Positions 48,888-53,655 of a stretch of DNA of 53,655 nucleotides are shown here, one piece after another (within the stretch, counting starts at the first letter, position 1; the number at the start of each line of letters is the position of its first letter). A program made the position numbers and the translations under genes. The notes beneath the pieces are model-generated. The model searched no databases and was not told the DNA's origin. It saw only the letters and a program-made list of their open reading frames with translations. Source of the DNA: Polyangiales bacterium (GTDB lineage Bacteria > Myxococcota_A > Polyangia > Polyangiales > Houyiibacteriaceae); the NCBI GenBank assembly GCA_045106895.1, contig JBGCFM010000014.1, positions 1-53,655 of the forward strand, in the 5' to 3' direction.

Positions 48888-49202
48888 CTATACCTCGGGT
48901 GGACGCTCGACCAAACGGCTTACCGTCCAGCGCTTCGTCTTTGACATGGGTCGGCACGACTTGATTTCGACGACGTCCCGCGTGCGGTACTCCTCTTTCT
49001 CATCGTGTGCGTGGTACTTCTTCTTCTGCTTCACGTACTTGCCGTAGAACGGGTCACGGAAGCGACGGATCACCTCGACGACGATCGTCTTCTGGGCGCG
49101 GCCTTCGGCTTTGGTGTCGTTCACGACGCGTCCGACGAGTCGGCGATTCCGACCTCGGGACTTCACGTCTGCCGCTTCCGCGGTGGCTGTTTCTTCACTC
49201 AT
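48888..49202 (-). CDS. rpsQ: 30S ribosomal protein S17
   Basis: KTIVVEV, YGKYV, KYHAHDE, RPMSKTKRW. Confidence 0.96.
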   Translation of the reverse strand: MSEETATAEAADVKSRGRNRRLVGRVVNDTKAEGRAQKTIVVEVIRRFRDPFYGKYVKQKKKYHAHDEKEEYRTRDVVEIKSCRPMSKTKRWTVSRLVERPPEV

Positions 49203-49206
49203 GATT

Positions 49207-49407
49207 CTACTCCGACGCCTCAGCAGCACGCTGCGTGAGGATGGTCTTTACGCGAGCGATATCGCCGCGGATCTTTCGGATGTCGCTCGTGTCATCGAGG
49301 GCATTCGTGTGGTTGTCGAAACGAGCTTTCCAGAGCTTGCGCGCCAGATCGGATTCGAGGTTCTTGAGCTCGTCTTGGTTGAGCTCACGGATTTCTGCGG
49401 GCTTCAC
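49207..49407 (-). CDS. rpmC: 50S ribosomal protein L29
   Basis: GTG start overlapping the rplP stop; [21 protein letters not shown]. Confidence 0.93.
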   Translation of the reverse strand: MKPAEIRELNQDELKNLESDLARKLWKARFDNHTNALDDTSDIRKIRGDIARVKTILTQRAAEASE

Positions 49408-49820
49408 AGCTGCTCCCTCCGGGTGATGAACTGAGTAGGAACGGAGAGCTTGTGACCGCAAACGCTGAACGCTGCGCGGGCGAGCTCCTCGGGAATGCCT
49501 TCGATCTCGAAGAGCACTTTGCCAGGCTTGATGATCGCGACCCACTGTTCGACAGGTCCCTTACCCTTGCCCATTCGAGTCTCGAGGGGCTTTTTCGTAA
49601 GTGGCTTGTCGGGGAAGACGCGAATGTAGAGCTTGCCCTGACGTTTGACCTTCCGCTGGATGGCCATACGACCAGCCTCAATCTGACGGGAGGAGAGACG
49701 ACCACAAGCGGTGGCTTGGAGAGCGTAGTCTCCAAAGGAGACGTCCGAGCCACGGTACGCCTTGCCGCGCATGCGGCCGGTGAACTGCTTACGGAACTTA
49801 GTTCGTTTTGGTTGAAGCAT
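49404..49820 (-). CDS. rplP: 50S ribosomal protein L16
   Basis: [24 protein letters not shown]. Confidence 0.98.
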   Translation of the reverse strand: MLQPKRTKFRKQFTGRMRGKAYRGSDVSFGDYALQATACGRLSSRQIEAGRMAIQRKVKRQGKLYIRVFPDKPLTKKPLETRMGKGKGPVEQWVAIIKPGKVLFEIEGIPEELARAAFSVCGHKLSVPTQFITRREQL

Positions 49821-49853
49821 GAGTATTCTTCCTGAGGTCCAAGCGGCGCCACG

Positions 49854-50531
49854 TCATCGACGTGGGCGCGGGCCTCCTTGACCACGGCGGTTGACGACCT
49901 CACCAGGGTTGACTTCACCCTTGAAGATCCAGCACTTCACGCCGACCGTACCAGCCGTCGTGTTGCCTACGGCTTCGCCGTAGTCGATGTCAGCGCGGAG
50001 CGTGTGAAGAGGAACTCGGCCCTCTCGGTACCACTCGCTTCGAGCGATCTCGCTGCCGCCAAGTCGGCCGCCGGCGTAGACACGAATGCCCTTCACTCCG
50101 AACTTCATGGCCGTCTGGACTGCCTTCTTCATCGCACGGCGGAAAGCGACGCGTCGCTCAAGCTGGGTGGCGATGTTCTCAGCGACGAGCTGTGCGTTCG
50201 TCTCAGCCTTACGAATCTCCTGGATATCCGGAGCCATAAGGTTGCTCTGCGTGAGCTTCTGAAGCTCACGCTGAAGCTGCTCAACGCCTGCGCCGCGCTT
50301 ACCGATGATGATGCCCGCGCGCGACGTGTAGATGACTACCTTCACGTTGTTTGCGGCGCGCTCGATCTCGATGTCGGCGATACCAGCGTGGGAGAACTTC
50401 TTCGTGATGGAGCGCTTGAGGGCAAGGTCCTCGTGCAGCCACTTCGCGTAGTTCTTGTCTTCAAACCACTTGGACTTCCAAGGCTTGATGACACCAAGTC
50501 GGAATCCGTAGGGGTGGGTCTTCTGGCCCAT
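49854..50531 (-). CDS. rpsC: 30S ribosomal protein S3
   Basis: [27 protein letters not shown]. Confidence 0.98.
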   Translation of the reverse strand: MGQKTHPYGFRLGVIKPWKSKWFEDKNYAKWLHEDLALKRSITKKFSHAGIADIEIERAANNVKVVIYTSRAGIIIGKRGAGVEQLQRELQKLTQSNLMAPDIQEIRKAETNAQLVAENIATQLERRVAFRRAMKKAVQTAMKFGVKGIRVYAGGRLGGSEIARSEWYREGRVPLHTLRADIDYGEAVGNTTAGTVGVKCWIFKGEVNPGEVVNRRGQGGPRPRR

Positions 50532-50532
50532 A

Positions 50533-50883
50533 TTAGTTTTCCTCCCCGTCGCCGATGACGACAGTGATGTGGCTCATGCCCTTGATGACCTGAGTCGCTC
50601 GACCCTGAGCCCGCGGACGCCAGCGGCGCATGTGCGAGTTCGGAGCCTTGTCCGCGAAAGCGGTCGTGATGACCAGAGCGTCGAGGTCGACGTTCTCATT
50701 CTTCTCGCGGGCGTTGGCGACGGCGCTCTCCAGCAGCTTCCCCACAATGGAGGCGGCGGCCTTTGGCGTAAACTTGAGGTCGTCGATCGCCTTCGCGACG
50801 TTCTTCCCTCGGACCATGTTCAGTACGATGCGCGCCTTACGGGGCGCGATACGCTGAAATCGTGCTTTTGCGATTGCTTCCAT
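50533..50883 (-). CDS. rplV: 50S ribosomal protein L22
   Basis: [26 protein letters not shown]. Confidence 0.97.
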   Translation of the reverse strand: MEAIAKARFQRIAPRKARIVLNMVRGKNVAKAIDDLKFTPKAAASIVGKLLESAVANAREKNENVDLDALVITTAFADKAPNSHMRRWRPRAQGRATQVIKGMSHITVVIGDGEEN

Positions 50884-50900
50884 GATTGTCTGCCGTGCGT

Positions 50901-51092
50901 GACGTTGCCCAAAAGAGGCTCTCAGGACCTAAGGCCTTGTGATCACTTGCCTTTCCATTCCAGCTCCTCCCAGATCGGGAACACCTAGTGCAGAAGGGCG
51001 CGGGATCTAGCATGCGACCTGAGATCACTCAACCGATGATTCGATCAACCTTTCGATCGACACCGGAAAGAGCTCTATGGGCTAAAAACGCC
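50901..51092 (-). other. predicted multi-stem structured RNA element in the rpsS-rplV spacer
   Basis: Hand-found nested stems: GGCGUU/AACGUC, GCCCA/UGGGC, CCGGUG/CAUCGG, UCGAUCGA/UUGAUCGA, GUGAUC/GAUCAC, CAGGUCG/CGAUCUG. Confidence 0.5.
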
Positions 51093-51368
51093 TTACTTTC
51101 GGCCCTTCTTGTCAGCCTGGTGGCCGTGGAAAGTGCGGGTTGGCGCGAACTCGCCAAGTTTGTGACCCACCATGTTCTCGCTCACAGGCACCGTGACGAA
51201 CTTTCGACCGTTGTGAACGGCGAAGGTGAAGCCAACGAACTCGGGAGTGATGGTGGAGCGGCGGGACCAGGTTCGGATGATTTTCTTATCACCCGCTGCG
51301 ATGGCCTTGTCGACCTTCGCCTGGAGGGGCAGGTCGATGAATGGACCCTTCTTAATTGAACGTGCCAT
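51093..51368 (-). CDS. rpsS: 30S ribosomal protein S19
   Basis: [27 protein letters not shown]. Confidence 0.98.
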   Translation of the reverse strand: MARSIKKGPFIDLPLQAKVDKAIAAGDKKIIRTWSRRSTITPEFVGFTFAVHNGRKFVTVPVSENMVGHKLGEFAPTRTFHGHQADKKGRK

Positions 51369-51371
51369 GAC

Positions 51372-52196
51372 TTACTTCTTCCGCTTCCGAACGATGAACT
51401 TGCTGGTGGCCTTGTTGGTGCGTGTCTTCTTGCCCTTGGCAAGCTGACCCCAAGGCGAACAGGGGTGACGACCACCCGCTGTGCGACCCTCACCACCACC
51501 CATTGGGTGATCGACGGGATTCATGGTGGTGCCTCGGTTATGAGGACGACGACCGAGCCAACGGCTTCGGCCAGCCTTACCAAGCGTCACGCGGGCGTGC
51601 ATCTTGTTGCTGACCTGGCCGACAGTGGCGCGACAGTCGAGATGCACCATGCGGACTTCGCCGGAGGGCAAACGAACCTGGGCGTACTTGCCGTCCTTGG
51701 CCATAAGCTGAGCCGCGGTACCAGCGGAACGAACCATCTGGCCGCCCTTGCCGATCTTGAGCTCGATGTTGTGAATCATCGTGCCAAGTGGCAGGTGGCG
51801 AAGAGGCATCGCGTTGCCGGGCTTCACGTCCGCGTGGCGCGACGAGATAACCTGGTCTCCAGCCTTGAGGCCGTCGGGCGCAAGGATGTACGCCTTCTCG
51901 CCGTCGGCGTAGTGGAGAAGAGCGATGCGACCACTGCGGTTTGGATCGTATTCGATGGCGACGACCTTGGCCGGGACACCGATCTTGTTTCGCTTGAAGT
52001 CGATGGAGCGGTAACGACGCTTGTGTCCACCACCACGGAAACGAACGGTGATTCGTCCACGGTTGTTTCGACCACCCTTGGAGTGAACGCTCTTGGTGAG
52101 CTTCTTCTCGGGTGCCTTCTTCGACAAGCCGTCGAAGTCCTGGGAGTCGTAGTTACGACGCGAGGGAGATGTTGGTTTGAACTTACGGATAGCCAT
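51372..52196 (-). CDS. rplB: 50S ribosomal protein L2
   Basis: [27 protein letters not shown]. Confidence 0.98.
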   Translation of the reverse strand: MAIRKFKPTSPSRRNYDSQDFDGLSKKAPEKKLTKSVHSKGGRNNRGRITVRFRGGGHKRRYRSIDFKRNKIGVPAKVVAIEYDPNRSGRIALLHYADGEKAYILAPDGLKAGDQVISSRHADVKPGNAMPLRHLPLGTMIHNIELKIGKGGQMVRSAGTAAQLMAKDGKYAQVRLPSGEVRMVHLDCRATVGQVSNKMHARVTLGKAGRSRWLGRRPHNRGTTMNPVDHPMGGGEGRTAGGRHPCSPWGQLAKGKKTRTNKATSKFIVRKRKK

Positions 52197-52199
52197 TGA

Positions 52200-52490
52200 T
52201 CAGGCTCCTTCAAAGAAGTCGATGGAATCGTCGTCCGCGAGGGTAACGATCGCCTTCTTCCAGTTACGGGTCTTGGCTCGAGTGCGGCCCATGCGCTTCA
52301 TCTTGCCGCGCATGATGAGCGTGTTGACGTCCGTCACGGACACCTCGAAGAGGGCTTCGACGGCCTTGCGGATTTCAATCTTGTTGGCGCGGAGATCCAC
52401 CTCGAAGAGGTACTGGTTCTCGTTGTCGCGAAGGTTGGTTCCCTTTTCCGTGAGGATGAGGGGGCGCTTGATGATCTGTTCAAGTTGCAT
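52200..52490 (-). CDS. rplW: 50S ribosomal protein L23
   Basis: [26 protein letters not shown]. Confidence 0.97.
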   Translation of the reverse strand: MQLEQIIKRPLILTEKGTNLRDNENQYLFEVDLRANKIEIRKAVEALFEVSVTDVNTLIMRGKMKRMGRTRAKTRNWKKAIVTLADDDSIDFFEGA

Positions 52491-52492
52491 GA

Positions 52493-53113
52493 TTAGGCCC
52501 CGAAACGCGCCTGAAGCGCGCCCACTGCGTCCTTCGTCACGACGATGTGCTCGTGGCGGAGGAGGTCGTAAAGGTTGATGCCCTCGGGCGGAAGGACCAT
52601 GCGTCCCTGAAGGTTGCGTACGCTGAGCTTCAGGTTGTCGTTGTCCTTGCCGTCGATGATGACAGCGGTGCCAACTTCGAGGGTGGAGAGGATGCCGGCG
52701 ACGGTCTTGGTCTTGATGGCGTCGAGCTCGAAGCTATCGACGACGGTCAGACGACCTTCTTTGGCGCGAAGGGACAGAGCGCTGCAGAGAGCTCCCTGAC
52801 GCATCTTGCGGGTTGGACGGTAGGCGTAGCTGCGGACTTTGGGTCCGTGGGCAACACCGCCACCGCGGTAGAGAGGAGCCTGCTTCGTGCCATGACGCGC
52901 GTTGCCGGTGCCCTTCTGCTTGTAGACCTTTTTGCGAGTACCGGTAACAGCTGCGCGGTTCTTGACTGCGGCTGTTCCCTGGCGCTTGCTGGCCAGCTGA
53001 GCCTTCAGCACGTCGTAGAGGAGACCCTCGTTGACGTCGACGCCGAAGACCTCATCCGCGAGATCGATCTCGCCGACGGCTTCATTTTTCAGGTTTTTGA
53101 TTTTGGCTTTCAT
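52493..53113 (-). CDS. rplD: 50S ribosomal protein L4
   Basis: [27 protein letters not shown] 53113. Confidence 0.97.
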   Translation of the reverse strand: MKAKIKNLKNEAVGEIDLADEVFGVDVNEGLLYDVLKAQLASKRQGTAAVKNRAAVTGTRKKVYKQKGTGNARHGTKQAPLYRGGGVAHGPKVRSYAYRPTRKMRQGALCSALSLRAKEGRLTVVDSFELDAIKTKTVAGILSTLEVGTAVIIDGKDNDNLKLSVRNLQGRMVLPPEGINLYDLLRHEHIVVTKDAVGALQARFGA

Positions 53114-53124
53114 CTGATTTCTCC

Positions 53125-53149
53125 GTGATGTTCCGATGTGATGTTCCGA
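53125..53149. repeat. 12-bp direct repeat at the position normally held by rplC
   Basis: gtgatgttccga at 53125-53136 and 53138-53149. Confidence 0.7.
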
Positions 53150-53159
53150 AACAACGCGA

Positions 53160-53459
<300 letters not shown>

Positions 53460-53492
53460 AGTGTTCGTTTCGGGGATTGGTGGACGAGTGGA

Positions 53493-53655
53493 TTACTCGA
53501 TGATGCTGGAGATAACGCCGGCGCCGACGGTGCGGCCACCTTCGCGGATAGCGAAGCGCTGCTTCTCTTCCATGGCGACGGCTGCGATGAGCTCGACCTT
53601 CATCTTCACGTTGTCGCCGGGCATGACCATCTTGACGTCTTCGGGAAGCTCGATC
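53493..53655 (-). CDS. tuf: elongation factor Tu (3' end, partial)
   Basis: Hand translation [15 protein letters not shown]...[21 protein letters not shown]. Confidence 0.96.
   Translation of the reverse strand, partial: IELPEDVKMVMPGDNVKMKVELIAAVAMEEKQRFAIREGGRTVGAGVISSIIE

Noticed and set aside
50837..51028. 63-aa ORF in the rpsS-rplV spacer
   Set aside because: Overlaps rplV out of frame with no motif or clear RBS; RNA structure explains the spacer better

Overview
High-GC (~63%) bacterial chromosome window, most likely a myxobacterium (Myxococcota, Polyangiales/Sandaracinaceae-like). This is inferred from the many Cys-lipoproteins with DAG/PD-rich linkers, the PEGA, HEAT, TPR and VWA proteins, and the r-protein style. 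Positions 1-39.5 kb are accessory and housekeeping genes: the end of a polysaccharide cluster, secreted hydrolases, an ECF sigma unit facing a VWA lipoprotein, bamD, a coupled class-III aminotransferase-luxE-luxC operon without luxAB/luxD, a frameshifted IS630, a small T3SS-needle-like protein, ribA, prfA, acyP and a rhodanese fused to a zeta/beta-carbonic-anhydrase-like domain. Positions 39.5-53.6 kb hold the S10-spc-alpha ribosomal cluster (minus strand, tuf to rplQ), which is heavily remodelled. rplC, rpsN, rpmJ, rpsD and map are absent, rpmE is absent from its usual place before DUF1385-prfA, Adk has lost its Zn-binding LID, and infA is divergent and low-GC. A foreign Cys-rich lipoprotein with a duplicated 3' cassette sits between rplX and rplE, and a ~190-nt multi-stem structure sits between rpsS and rplV. 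No rRNA, tRNA or CRISPR array was seen. All calls are by-eye motif recognition; no database searches were run.
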